DNA from: an uncultured Thermodesulfobacteriaceae bacterium
Lineage (GTDB): Bacteria; Desulfobacterota; Dissulfuribacteria; Dissulfuribacterales; UBA3076
Direction: 5' to 3'
Assembly: GCA_964646435.1 (NCBI GenBank)
Contig: CAZYEJ010000002.1
Span: 14,897-78,896 of the forward strand
Length of the DNA: 64,000 bases
Both the position numbers and the translations under genes were made by a program. How positions within the stretch are numbered: position 1 is the stretch's first letter; every line of letters starts with the position of its first letter. The notes beneath the pieces are model-generated. The model worked only from the letters and a program-made list of their open reading frames with translations, ran no database searches and was not told the origin of the DNA. Below, piece by piece: positions 1 through 8,985 of this stretch.

Positions 1-36
1 ACCCTGGTGCCGATGTGGGCGTTGAAGGCTGCTTAA

Positions 37-369
37 ATGGTATTTGACGATGGACTGCAGCGCAGTCTTTTCAGAGTTCTCCAGACTGATCCCCGGACGA
101 GCCAGCGTTCCATGGCAAAGGCACTTGGTATCAGTTTAGGCAAGACGAATTATTGTCTCAAGGCCCTTATAGACAGGGGATGGGTGATGCCCCGACGCTT
201 TCAGCATAAAGGAAACAAATGGAGTTATGCATACATCATTACTCCTGATGGACTGGAGGCAAAGAAGAGAATAAGCGTTCGGTTCTTGCAATGCAAATTG
301 ACGGAATATGAGGCCTTGCAGGAGGAGATTGAAGAGTTGCGGCAGGAGGTAAAGAACTATCTGCCTTAG
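37..369 (+). CDS. MarR-type winged-helix regulator resembling EPS-associated regulators
   Basis: 110-aa ORF. 'TSQRSMAKALGISLGKTNYCLKALIDRGWV' is a winged-helix HTH, followed by a coiled C-terminus. It lies next to sugar-nucleotide genes. Confidence 0.55.
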   Translation: MVFDDGLQRSLFRVLQTDPRTSQRSMAKALGISLGKTNYCLKALIDRGWVMPRRFQHKGNKWSYAYIITPDGLEAKKRISVRFLQCKLTEYEALQEEIEELRQEVKNYLP

Positions 370-387
370 GAGAATGATAGGAGTTCA

Positions 388-482
388 ATGGAATTGTTTT
401 GAAAGATAAACGTCGAGCATCGAACGTCCAACGTCGAATGAAAAACGAATATCCAATACCGAATATTCAACAGCTATTTCTG
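388..482. repeat. Partial copy of dispersed repeat family A (core 'catcgaacgtccaacgtcgaatg')
   Basis: Hand alignment to the reverse complement of 48110-48212 is near-identical: 'ggaattgttttgaaagataaacgtcga.catcgaacgtccaacgtcga.tgaaaaac.aatatcc'. Confidence 0.7.
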
Positions 483-579
483 TTTCTTCTCAGCCGTTTT
501 GTTCAATCGAATCGGCCAAATTTAACCCAAATCTAAGCACAATATTGTCCAACTTATTTGCGGACAATTCCTTAATGTT

Positions 580-1728
580 ATGAAAATAATGACAATAGCC
601 GGCGCCCGCCCCAATTTTATGAAGATGGCCTCTATTGTAGAAGCCATCCGGTGTCACAACGGGACCGGCAGTTTACCAGTAATCAGACATATCCTTGTGC
701 ACACGGGGCAACATTACGACGAAAACCTGTCCAAGTGCTTCTTCGACGAGCTTGGTCTCCCGCGTCCAGATGTAAACCTGGAGGTGGGGTCCGGCTCACA
801 TGCCCAACAGACTGCTGAGATCATGCGGCGTTTCGAATCGGTACTTCTGGCTGAGCAGCCTGGCGTGCTTATTGTAGTGGGGGATGTGAATTCAACTGTG
901 GCCTGTGCTCTGGTGGCAGCCAAGATCCAATATCCTTTACAGAACCCAACTGATATAGAGCGTCCTTTCATTGTCCACGTTGAGGCAGGATTGCGATCAG
1001 GGGACCGCTCTATGCCGGAAGAGATAAATCGTCTTCTGACCGATGCTTTGAGCGATGCCTTGTTTGTCACTGAGGAGGCGGCAGTTACCAACCTGTTACG
1101 AGAAGGCATACCCAGGGAAAAAATCTTTTTTGTCGGGAATGTCATGATTGATACCCTGCACCGGCACATGGAAGAGGCCCGCAGGTCTGAGATCAAAAAG
1201 ATCCTTAAAATTAGCGGTCGTTATGGCCTGGTAACCTTGCACAGGCCCAGCAATGTGGACACCGAAGATGCCCTGGAGCCCTTGATCAGGTGCTTGCAGG
1301 AAATCAGCAGGAATTTGTTTCTTGTCCTTCCTTTACACCCAAGGACAAAGGCCAGTCTGGAGAGATTCGGATTACTGGAAGAATTTAATAATACCGAAGG
1401 AATCTGTCTAATCGGCCCTTTGGGATATCTGGACTTTTTAAACCTCCTCGATTCGGCTACAATGGTATTAACTGATTCCGGGGGCATTCAGGAAGAAACA
1501 ACAGCCTTGGGTGTGCCATGTATAACTCTCAGGGAAAATACCGAACGTCCAGTAACCATAACCATAGGTACTAATTATCTTGTGGGAACAGACCCTGCCA
1601 GGATTCTTGCCGTTGCCGGGGAGATTTTGTCCGGAAAAGGCAAGAGGGGAAAAATACCTCCGTATTGGGATGGTCTTTCAGGTGAGCGGATTGTGGCCGA
1701 CCTGACAGAGATGTATTGGAAAGGATAA
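580..1728 (+). CDS. wecB: UDP-N-acetylglucosamine 2-epimerase (non-hydrolysing)
   Basis: 382 aa with 'MTIAGARPNFMKMA', 'HTGQHYD' and 'DSGGIQEETTALGVPCITLRENTERP', the typical family signatures. Confidence 0.9.
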   Translation: MKIMTIAGARPNFMKMASIVEAIRCHNGTGSLPVIRHILVHTGQHYDENLSKCFFDELGLPRPDVNLEVGSGSHAQQTAEIMRRFESVLLAEQPGVLIVVGDVNSTVACALVAAKIQYPLQNPTDIERPFIVHVEAGLRSGDRSMPEEINRLLTDALSDALFVTEEAAVTNLLREGIPREKIFFVGNVMIDTLHRHMEEARRSEIKKILKISGRYGLVTLHRPSNVDTEDALEPLIRCLQEISRNLFLVLPLHPRTKASLERFGLLEEFNNTEGICLIGPLGYLDFLNLLDSATMVLTDSGGIQEETTALGVPCITLRENTERPVTITIGTNYLVGTDPARILAVAGEILSGKGKRGKIPPYWDGLSGERIVADLTEMYWKG

Positions 1729-1751
1729 TAAGTACAGAAATCATAAATCCA

Positions 1752-3473
1752 ATGACCCAACAACTTATTCCACCACACGGCGGCAAATTACAGAATCTTA
1801 TGGTTTCTGCAGAACGGGCACAGGAACTACGCCAGGCTGCGGTAGATTTGCCTTCCATTGATCTTACACAAAGGCAAGAGTGCGACCTTGAACTCCTGCT
1901 GAGCGGAGCTTTTTCGCCGCTTACCGGGTTTATGGACCAGGAGACCTATGACAGCGTCCTTGATACCCTTCGTCTTCCTGACGGAACAGTCTGGCCCATT
2001 CCGATTACTCTTGATATCCCGGAATGGGTGGCGGGGTCTCTTCAGGTTGGACAGCAGGCAGCCCTTTGTGACCAGGAAGGATTCATGCTGGCAGTCCTCA
2101 CAGTTGATGAAGTATGGCAACCGGATAAGAAGAAAGAGGCCAGGAAAGTCTACACTACCGATGAAACCTCACACCCGGGAGTAGCGCATCTTTTTGAGCA
2201 TGCAGGACCTTACTATGTGGGCGGCCAGGTCGAAGGACTTCACCTTCCCATCCATTTTGACTACAAGACTTTACGTCTGGCTCCATCTGAGACACGGGCC
2301 TATTTTAAGAAAGTCGGCTGGAGGCGAGTAGTGGTCTTCCAGACACGCCGCCCACTGCACAATGCCCACAAGGCTTTGACCCTTCTGGCTGCTAACGAGG
2401 CCCGAGCCAACATCCTACTCCATCCTGTAGTTGGTTCCACAAGTCCTGGAGATATCGACCACTATGCCAGGGTCAGATGCTACCAGGCCATTGCTCGAAC
2501 ATATCCCAAAGGTTCAATTTTTCTGAACCTTCTACCTTTAGCCATGCGCATGGCCGGGCCTCGGGAAGCCCTCTTGCAGGCCATTATCAATAAGAACTAC
2601 GGCTGCACCCATTTCATAGTTACACCCAATCACGCCGACCCATTTACTACTACTGAACGACCGGCTTACTATCCTCGCTTTGGAGCATTGGAGCTATTAG
2701 AACAATTTGAGAAGGAGTGTGGGATAACTACTATTTCATTCAGCCGGATGGTCTATGTGGAGGAGAAGGCACAGTTTTTGTCGGAAGATGAGTGTCCTCC
2801 TGAAGTTGCGCCAAAGCACCTGACAGCTTCGGAACTGCGTCGTCGCTTAGAGTATGGTCTTGAGATCCCGAGCTGGTTTTCCCCTCCGGAGGTGGTGTCT
2901 GAGCTCAGACGGGCTTATCCCGCCCGCAGCAGTCAAGGCTTTACGGTCTTTTTTACAGGTCTTTCAGGTTCAGGAAAGTCGACCATTGCCAAGATCTTGC
3001 TGACCAGATTTCTGGAAATGGGTGACAGACCTGTGACACTCCTTGATGGAGATATTGTACGCAAGCATCTTTCAAGCGAGTTGGGGTTTTCAGAAGAAGA
3101 TCGACACATAAATGTTATTCGAATTGGTTTTGTGGCGAGTGAGATAACAAAGAATCGTGGCATTGCCTTATGTGCTCCGATTGCTCCCTATGAGCGATCA
3201 AGGCGACAGAACAGGGAGCTGATTTCCCGGTATGGTGGTTACATCGAGGTCTATCTCTCAACTTCTTTGGAAATTTGTATGAAACGGGACCGCAAGGGGC
3301 TGTATGCCAAGGCCCTTGCCGGAAAAATAAAGGGGGTAACAGGAGTTGATGATCCCTATGAAGAGCCGATTAATGCTGATATCAAAATTGACACCACAGA
3401 CGTTGGACCAGAGGAGGTAGCTCAAGAGGTACTGTTTTGTCTCAAGAGTAAGGGATATGTGGGGAAGGTCTAG
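1752..3473 (+). CDS. Fused sulfate adenylyltransferase (ATP sulfurylase) / adenylylsulfate kinase with divergent sulfurylase loops
   Basis: N-terminal 'LIPPHGGKL', 'FQTRRPLHNAH' and 'HPVVGSTSPGDID' are ATP-sulfurylase-like. The C-terminal 'FFTGLSGSGKSTIA' is an APS-kinase P-loop. The start is moved to ATG 1752 (MTQQLIPPHGG); the track ORF begins at 1716. Confidence 0.8.
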   Translation: MTQQLIPPHGGKLQNLMVSAERAQELRQAAVDLPSIDLTQRQECDLELLLSGAFSPLTGFMDQETYDSVLDTLRLPDGTVWPIPITLDIPEWVAGSLQVGQQAALCDQEGFMLAVLTVDEVWQPDKKKEARKVYTTDETSHPGVAHLFEHAGPYYVGGQVEGLHLPIHFDYKTLRLAPSETRAYFKKVGWRRVVVFQTRRPLHNAHKALTLLAANEARANILLHPVVGSTSPGDIDHYARVRCYQAIARTYPKGSIFLNLLPLAMRMAGPREALLQAIINKNYGCTHFIVTPNHADPFTTTERPAYYPRFGALELLEQFEKECGITTISFSRMVYVEEKAQFLSEDECPPEVAPKHLTASELRRRLEYGLEIPSWFSPPEVVSELRRAYPARSSQGFTVFFTGLSGSGKSTIAKILLTRFLEMGDRPVTLLDGDIVRKHLSSELGFSEEDRHINVIRIGFVASEITKNRGIALCAPIAPYERSRRQNRELISRYGGYIEVYLSTSLEICMKRDRKGLYAKALAGKIKGVTGVDDPYEEPINADIKIDTTDVGPEEVAQEVLFCLKSKGYVGKV

Positions 3474-3590
3474 GGAAATCAGCAGGCGTTAAAATGCTCA
3501 GGGTTGCCGTGAATCAACAAACAGCAATCATAAATTCATGTTCCTTGCCTTTCTAAAGATTTCAACCATCTCGCAACGATCGAACAGAGA

Positions 3591-5417
3591 TTAGTGGATC
3601 GGTCCCTTGCCAATGGGACGGTTATTGGCGGCCAGGATGGTCTTGCGCAATCTGATGGAAAGGGGGGTCACTTCCACCATTTCATCGGCTTTGATGAAGT
3701 GGATGGCCCTCTCCAGGGTCATGGGCATTACCGTGGTCAAAACCACGGCGTCATCCTTGCCGGATGCCCGCATATTGGAGAGCTTTTTCCCTTTGCAGGG
3801 ATTTACATTGAGATCCACTTCCCGGTTGTATTCCCCCACGATCATGCCCTCATACACCGGATCATTGGGCGACACGAACAACTGCCCCCGGGGTTCCAGT
3901 CTGAACAAGGCGTAAGCCACGGCCTTCCCCTGGCGGTCCGAGACCAATGCTCCCGTGTACCGGGACGGAAAATCTCCCAGATAATCGTCATAGCCAAAAA
4001 AATAAGAATTCAGAATTCCTGTGCCCTTGGTATCGGTCAAGAATTCCTCCCGGTACCCAATCAGCCCCCTGGAAGGCATGATAAATTCGATTCTTACCCG
4101 CCCCGAGCCTTTGTTCACCATATTGCTCATGCGAGCCTTTCGATGGGCCAGCTTTTCAGTTACGATTCCCACGAATGACTCGTCGCAATCCACGAACACA
4201 TGTTCCATGGGTTCCTGGCGCTTGCCATTCTTTTCCTTATAGATCACCTCAGGTCGTCCCACGCACAATTCAAATCCTTCCCGGCGCATCATTTCGACGA
4301 GAATTGCCATTTGGAATTCCCCCCGGCCCTTGACAATGAAGCTTTCTTGACTGCCGGTATCTTCCACGCGAATAGCCACGTTGCGCAGGGTCTCTTTCAT
4401 GAGCCGTTCCCGGATTTTGCGGGATTGAACAATTTTACCTTCCTTGCCCACCAGGGGACTGTTGTTGATGGTAAAGGTCATGGAGACCGTGGGTTCGTCC
4501 ACGCGGATGCGCTTCAATGCCTTGGGCTTGGTTCGGGTGCAGATGGTATCTCCGATTTTCACATCGTCGGCACCCGAGATCACGATGATATCTCCGACAT
4601 CAGCGTGGTTCACAGCTTGCAGTGCCATGCCCTGGTACACCTGGAGTTTGGCGAGTTTAATGGGCAGGTGGGAGTTATCTTCAGTGATACAGATCAGGCC
4701 ATCATCAAGGGATATGGAGCCGTTCATGATCTTGCCCACGGCCAAGCGGCCCAGATAGTCGGAATAGTCCAGATCCGCCACCAGCATTTGAAAGGGTTCT
4801 TCCGAATCGTAAACAGGTCCTGGGATTTCCGACAAAATTGTATCAAAAAGCAAGTGGATGTTTTCCCGCGGTTCATCCAGGACGGGTTGAACAATGCCCT
4901 GACGGCCAATGGCATAGAGGACCGGAAAATCCAATTGGTCCTCGGAGGCATCCAGATCGATGAACAGATCGTAAATTTCGTCCAGCACCTCATCCGCCCG
5001 GGCATCTTTGCGGTCGATTTTGTTGATCACCACCAGTATGACCAATCCGGCTTCCAGGGCTTTTTTCAAAACAAACCGGGTTTGGGGCAGAGGGCCTTCC
5101 GAAGCATCTACCAGCAAAATAGCGCCGTCCACCATGGCCATGGCCCGTTCCACTTCCCCGCCAAAATCCGCGTGGCCCGGGGTATCCAGGATGTTGATCT
5201 TGGTATCTTTCCACATGATCGAGCAATTCTTGGCTGCGATGGTAATACCCCGCTCCCGCTCCAGATCCATGCTGTCCATGATCCGCTCATCCATTTCTTT
5301 GCCTTCGCGGAACAGGCCGCTTTGCCGGAACATGGCATCCACCAGGGTGGTCTTGCCATGGTCGACGTGGGCGATGATAGCAATATTTCTCAATTTTTGA
5401 TTTTGTTGTTTGGTCAT
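3591..5417 (-). CDS. typA: Translational GTPase TypA/BipA
   Basis: 608 aa with 'IAIIAHVDHGKTTLVD', 'DTPGHADFGGEVER' and 'NKIDR', plus the BipA-type C-terminal domain. Confidence 0.95.
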   Translation of the reverse strand: MTKQQNQKLRNIAIIAHVDHGKTTLVDAMFRQSGLFREGKEMDERIMDSMDLERERGITIAAKNCSIMWKDTKINILDTPGHADFGGEVERAMAMVDGAILLVDASEGPLPQTRFVLKKALEAGLVILVVINKIDRKDARADEVLDEIYDLFIDLDASEDQLDFPVLYAIGRQGIVQPVLDEPRENIHLLFDTILSEIPGPVYDSEEPFQMLVADLDYSDYLGRLAVGKIMNGSISLDDGLICITEDNSHLPIKLAKLQVYQGMALQAVNHADVGDIIVISGADDVKIGDTICTRTKPKALKRIRVDEPTVSMTFTINNSPLVGKEGKIVQSRKIRERLMKETLRNVAIRVEDTGSQESFIVKGRGEFQMAILVEMMRREGFELCVGRPEVIYKEKNGKRQEPMEHVFVDCDESFVGIVTEKLAHRKARMSNMVNKGSGRVRIEFIMPSRGLIGYREEFLTDTKGTGILNSYFFGYDDYLGDFPSRYTGALVSDRQGKAVAYALFRLEPRGQLFVSPNDPVYEGMIVGEYNREVDLNVNPCKGKKLSNMRASGKDDAVVLTTVMPMTLERAIHFIKADEMVEVTPLSIRLRKTILAANNRPIGKGPIH

Positions 5418-5960
5418 AATAATTTTAAAGCCTCTCTGAGCTCAATCATCCATTTCAATTCATCATCTTTCAACGCCCATTCAAAATGAATGGACTCGGA
5501 TTATGATAAATTATTTTGAACGTGCGTTTATTTAGATTTCGATATAATGATTGTGGCAGAGCTATAGGAAGGAAATTATACAAGTCGTACTTCTGCAACC
5601 GATATCGCAGTCAAAAATCATTATCGAGGAAGTCTATACTACTTTGAAGGTGTTCTGGCAATGCAGTCAATGCCCCTCATCCGATTCATTTTGCGGAATC
5701 TATCGGTCGGAAATTTTATAAGGGCATGGTTTTAATCTCGGCCATTGAACCACACGAAAAGCGTTATTCATTTCATTCGTAGTTCAGAATATTCCCTCTT
5801 CATTGGCAGATGGACGAAGACTGCTTCTTGTCAAAGATTTCTCAATTGACATTTAACAAGGCTTTGATCTCCAAAACTGGAGATAATGTTTTTTTGGTTG
5901 TTATGTGTAAAGATGATTGGGGACATTGCCAATTTATACAACTTAAGGTATGTATGCTGT

Positions 5961-6962
5961 ATGGTAAGACAAGCCAGATTGGATGCGCCTGGTGTTTTGC
6001 ACCATGTCATGGCACGTGGGATTGAGCAACGGCCAATTTTTATTGATGATTGTGACATGGATGAATTTGTTCGCCGTCTCTCACATCTTGCCCTGGAAGG
6101 AAAACTGATCGTTTATGCATGGTCTTTGATGCCCAACTACTTTAATCTTCTGGTCAGGACCGGAAAGATCTCACTTTCCAGGAGCATGCGCTCGTTGTTA
6201 ACAGGGTATGCCGGATACTTTAACCAACGGCATAGACATCATGGACATGTATTTCAAGACCGTTTCAAGTCTGTAATTTGTGAGGAAGAACCATACTTTT
6301 TGGAGCTTGTTCGATATTTGCACCTCAATCCTCTGCGTGCTGGTGTTGTTAAGGACATGAAGGAGCTGGACCGGTATCCGTACACAGGCCATTCGGTCCT
6401 TGTGGGCAGTATAGAACGGTCATGGCAGGATGCTGAAGATGTGTGGAGTCGATTTGGCAGGACATGCCGGGAGGCTGCGAAGAACTATAGGGCCTTTGTA
6501 TCGGATGCTATCGGACAAGGCCAAAGGCCTGACCTTGTGGGTGGCGGGTTTTATCGAAGCATGGGTGGTCGGCGTGCGGTTGCGGATTTACGTCGAGGCC
6601 GTAAGGCATATCAGTCTGACGAACGTGTATTGGGGTCTTCCGCCTTTGTTGAGTCCCTGCTTAAGGAAGTGGATGCTAAGTCTGAAGGAAGATACGGGAA
6701 AATAAAGCTTTCAAAGCTGAAGAAACGCATTGCCAGAGATATGGGAGTCAGTAGTCATGCCCTGGATGGTAGAGGCAGGTCTCAGGATGTATCACGTGCC
6801 AGGGCTATTCTCTGTTATGTTTGGACAAATTATTTAAGACAGAGTGGCCGTGAACTTGCCCGAGAGCTTGGCGTAAGTCCACAAGCTGTTTATGCGGCTT
6901 CTTCCCGAACTGAAAGGGACGGTGGATTTGACGCGGAAGCCCTGGAAAGATGGTGCCGGTAA
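5961..6962 (+). CDS. IS200/RAYT-like (Y1 transposase fold) protein with C-terminal DnaA_C-like HTH; HUH motif replaced
   Basis: 'ARLDAPGVLHHVMARGIEQRPIF...AWSLMPNYFNLLVRTG...GHVFQDRFKS...YFLELVRYLHLNPLRAGVV' matches the REP-associated tyrosine transposase family. The C-terminal 'SRARAILCYVWTNYLRQSGRELARELGVSPQAVY' is HTH-like. The start is moved to ATG 5961. Confidence 0.7.
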   Translation: MVRQARLDAPGVLHHVMARGIEQRPIFIDDCDMDEFVRRLSHLALEGKLIVYAWSLMPNYFNLLVRTGKISLSRSMRSLLTGYAGYFNQRHRHHGHVFQDRFKSVICEEEPYFLELVRYLHLNPLRAGVVKDMKELDRYPYTGHSVLVGSIERSWQDAEDVWSRFGRTCREAAKNYRAFVSDAIGQGQRPDLVGGGFYRSMGGRRAVADLRRGRKAYQSDERVLGSSAFVESLLKEVDAKSEGRYGKIKLSKLKKRIARDMGVSSHALDGRGRSQDVSRARAILCYVWTNYLRQSGRELARELGVSPQAVYAASSRTERDGGFDAEALERWCR

Positions 6963-7011
6963 AAATATATTGTATAAATTGGCAACGTCCCCTTGCTCGG
7001 ATCTATATTAC

Positions 7012-7034
7012 CCCCAAAAGTGTAAACTACTTTT
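7012..7034. repeat. 8-bp-stem hairpin 'ccaaaagt-gtaaact-acttttgg'; a weaker second copy at about 14506-14530
   Basis: A perfect inverted repeat seen directly. The core 'aaagtgtaaactactttt' recurs at about 14.5 kb. Confidence 0.5.
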
Positions 7035-7204
7035 GGCTTGCTATGAAGGATGCAGAAAGTTGTAAGATATCTTGTAACCGTTCACGGGTTCAGAGGTTTA
7101 GTTGGTTTTGACCTAAATCTCTTTGTCGGATTATCTGGTTGCCCGAATGCGGGCGGTTCCTTTTTGCCAACTATGTTAGCAGGGGAAACGTCTGTATTTG
7201 TCTG

Positions 7205-7300
7205 TGTAAGTCTGCCTACCCTGCCTGCCTGCCCATAGGTCCGGTAGATCGTATCGGGGTGGAATGCGTAGCATATTCCTCCGGGGTGGCTAATTCAAAT
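7205..7300 (+). repeat. Diverged copy of dispersed repeat family D ('..ccggtagat..ggggtggctaattcaaa')
   Basis: It shares 'gtctgcc...ccggtagatcgt..ggggtgg...ggggtggctaattcaaa' with 63795-63868 and with the reverse complement of 14781-14856. Confidence 0.5.
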
Positions 7301-7351
7301 GCCCTCAAGAAGCGAGTGCCAACATCAAAAAAATGATTAACGGACAGATAG

Positions 7352-7936
7352 ATGGCTAAAAGAGTATGTCCTGTATGGGTTGGTTATCTTCTTGCCAGCC
7401 CGATAAGAAAATTATTACAAAATCCCAAAAAGATACTTAGCCCGTATGTTGAGAATGGTATGAAGGTTCTGGATATAGGATGTGCAATGGGTTTCTTCAG
7501 TTTGCCCCTTGCACGGATGGTCGGTTCGAAAGGAAAAGTTATATGTGTAGATGTTCAGGAGAAGATGATCAGGTCACTTGAAAAACGGGCACAAAAAGCA
7601 GGATTGTCTAATAAAATTGAAACACGGACATGTCATCACGATTCTCTTGGCCTGCATGACCTTAAAGAAAAGTTCGATTTTGCCCTTGCATCCGCTGTTG
7701 TGCACGAAATTGCTGATGCTTCCAGATTTTTTTCTGAAATATATGAAATCATGAAACCGAATGGAAAATTTTTAGTAATAGAACCAAAGGGACATGTATC
7801 AGAAAAACATTTTGAGATAACCGTTTCTGTGGCCGAACAGAAAGGTTTTAAGATATTCGGAAGGCCTCGAACCGGTCGGAGTCATGTTGTCCTGCTGAGT
7901 AAGGGAAACGTTAAAAGAAAATATTTGAAACACTAA
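7352..7936 (+). CDS. Class I SAM-dependent methyltransferase
   Basis: 194 aa. 'VLDIGCAMGFFSLPLA' is SAM-binding motif I, with 'VICVDVQ' as the acidic loop. Confidence 0.8.
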   Translation: MAKRVCPVWVGYLLASPIRKLLQNPKKILSPYVENGMKVLDIGCAMGFFSLPLARMVGSKGKVICVDVQEKMIRSLEKRAQKAGLSNKIETRTCHHDSLGLHDLKEKFDFALASAVVHEIADASRFFSEIYEIMKPNGKFLVIEPKGHVSEKHFEITVSVAEQKGFKIFGRPRTGRSHVVLLSKGNVKRKYLKH

Positions 7937-8066
7937 TCAGTAAGGGGAGGTTTTCCCCCTCCCTGCACTGACTAATGCTTGGCCGAAAATCTCTATTTTT
8001 TCTGGTAGTTCCTGTGATTATACGTGACTTTTCAATAAGTCCGGGCAAATCATATTTTGCGACTGT

Positions 8067-8144
8067 CCAATGGATTCCGGCTTTCGCCGGAATGACAGGT
8101 GCTTATACCCAATCGTCATTCCCGCGAAAGCGGGAATCCAATCG
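8067..8144. repeat. REPIN-like inverted doublet of two about 30-bp palindromic units
   Basis: Unit A is 'ccaatggATTCCGGCtttcGCCGGAATgaca' (8067-8097). Unit B is 'cgtcATTCCCGCgaaaGCGGGAATccaatcg' (8114-8144). A is the inverted version of B, and each forms its own hairpin. Confidence 0.65.
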
Positions 8145-8224
8145 TCATTTTTAAATTGCCATTTTCGTCTTTCTCCATGCATTCATGGAGACGACTCTTG
8201 AACGTCTCTGCCATTTGTACTTCA

Positions 8225-8633
8225 CAGCTCAAGGAGATATTCATCCTCCTGGCACAGTATTGATTTACTTGCCCCGTTAAATCTAAATGGCATAATCTGA
8301 CAATATGGAAGGACCGGGAACCAAGGCAAGGTTCGGCATGGTATTTTGAAACATGGTGATTATTTAACTGGGGTAGCGGTTCTGGTAGAGATAACCGTGC
8401 CGACCATGCCGACGGTTAAAGGAGATAGCATAACCGGTGAGAACTTTCCGCATCAGATCCCCAAGGGGTCTATTACTTGTGCGGATAAGCAGATGGACAT
8501 GGTTGGACATCAGCACCCATGCATAACATCTGCAGCCAGTCAAAGAAAGATTCTTTTCAAGTCGACCAAGAAAGTCATTCCGGTCACAGCCATCAAGAAA
8601 GATATCCGTCCCCCGTCCCCAAATTACTAATTT
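8225..8633 (-). pseudogene. Decayed IS200/RAYT-family gene: N-terminally truncated, internal stop, and an insertion of about 90 bp
   Basis: My minus-strand translation reads 'VIWGRGTDIFLDGCDRNDFLGRLEKNLSLTGCRCYAWVLMSNHVHLLIRTSNRPLGDLMRKVLTGYAISFNRRHGRHGYLYQNRYPS*'. After a gap, in another frame, it continues 'SKSILCQEDEYLLEL*'. There is no start codon. The fragment is colinear with the 5961..6962 protein. Confidence 0.65.
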
Positions 8634-8715
8634 TTATGTACTGCATTCTTTGAATATCAATCGAGAAACTTTTAAGCTGTTGCTTCACGGATTGGTCTAA
8701 CTCGTTCAATTTTTT

Positions 8716-8985
8716 TCATTCGTTTTGGCGAAGGTGATTGTGCGTGATCAGAGACTTTTCAAGGGCCTCTTGGTCGGTCGAGTCATTGTGCTCCAACAGC
8801 ACCACCACAATTTTTAATAGACGTTCGAGACCGACGGAGAGGTTGTAAAGAACTTCAAATATTTCATCGGTGTTATCGAGAATTTGCATCTCGTAAAAAC
8901 GGCGTAATCCGGAGTAGATGAAAGCTCCGGAAACGCTAAGCTCTTTACTTAGATTAAAGTTTTTCCATGCTTGCGTTGCTTCCAT
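8716..8985 (-). CDS. Hypothetical protein, probably a truncated fragment (helical, possibly HEPN-like)
   Basis: The ORF from 'MEATQAWKNFNLSKE..' ends at a TGA. That TGA is followed in frame by about 40 more codons that run into the RAYT pseudogene. I do not recognise a family. Confidence 0.3.
   Translation of the reverse strand: MEATQAWKNFNLSKELSVSGAFIYSGLRRFYEMQILDNTDEIFEVLYNLSVGLERLLKIVVVLLEHNDSTDQEALEKSLITHNHLRQNE

Noticed and set aside
4200-5489. 429-aa plus-strand ORF, plus several shorter ORFs on both strands, overlapping typA
   Set aside because: They overlap an unambiguous, highly conserved GTPase gene. They have low-complexity His/Gly/Phe-rich translations and no motifs. These are typical shadow ORFs.
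7940-7975. Hairpin 'gggagg-ttttccc-cctccc' after the methyltransferase gene, considered as a terminator
   Set aside because: The stem is 6 bp with no downstream T-run, so it was not listed as a feature.
8346-8630. 94-aa plus-strand ORF
   Set aside because: The opposite strand carries the recognisable RAYT fragment ('LMSNHVHLLIRT'), and the plus ORF is its antisense shadow.
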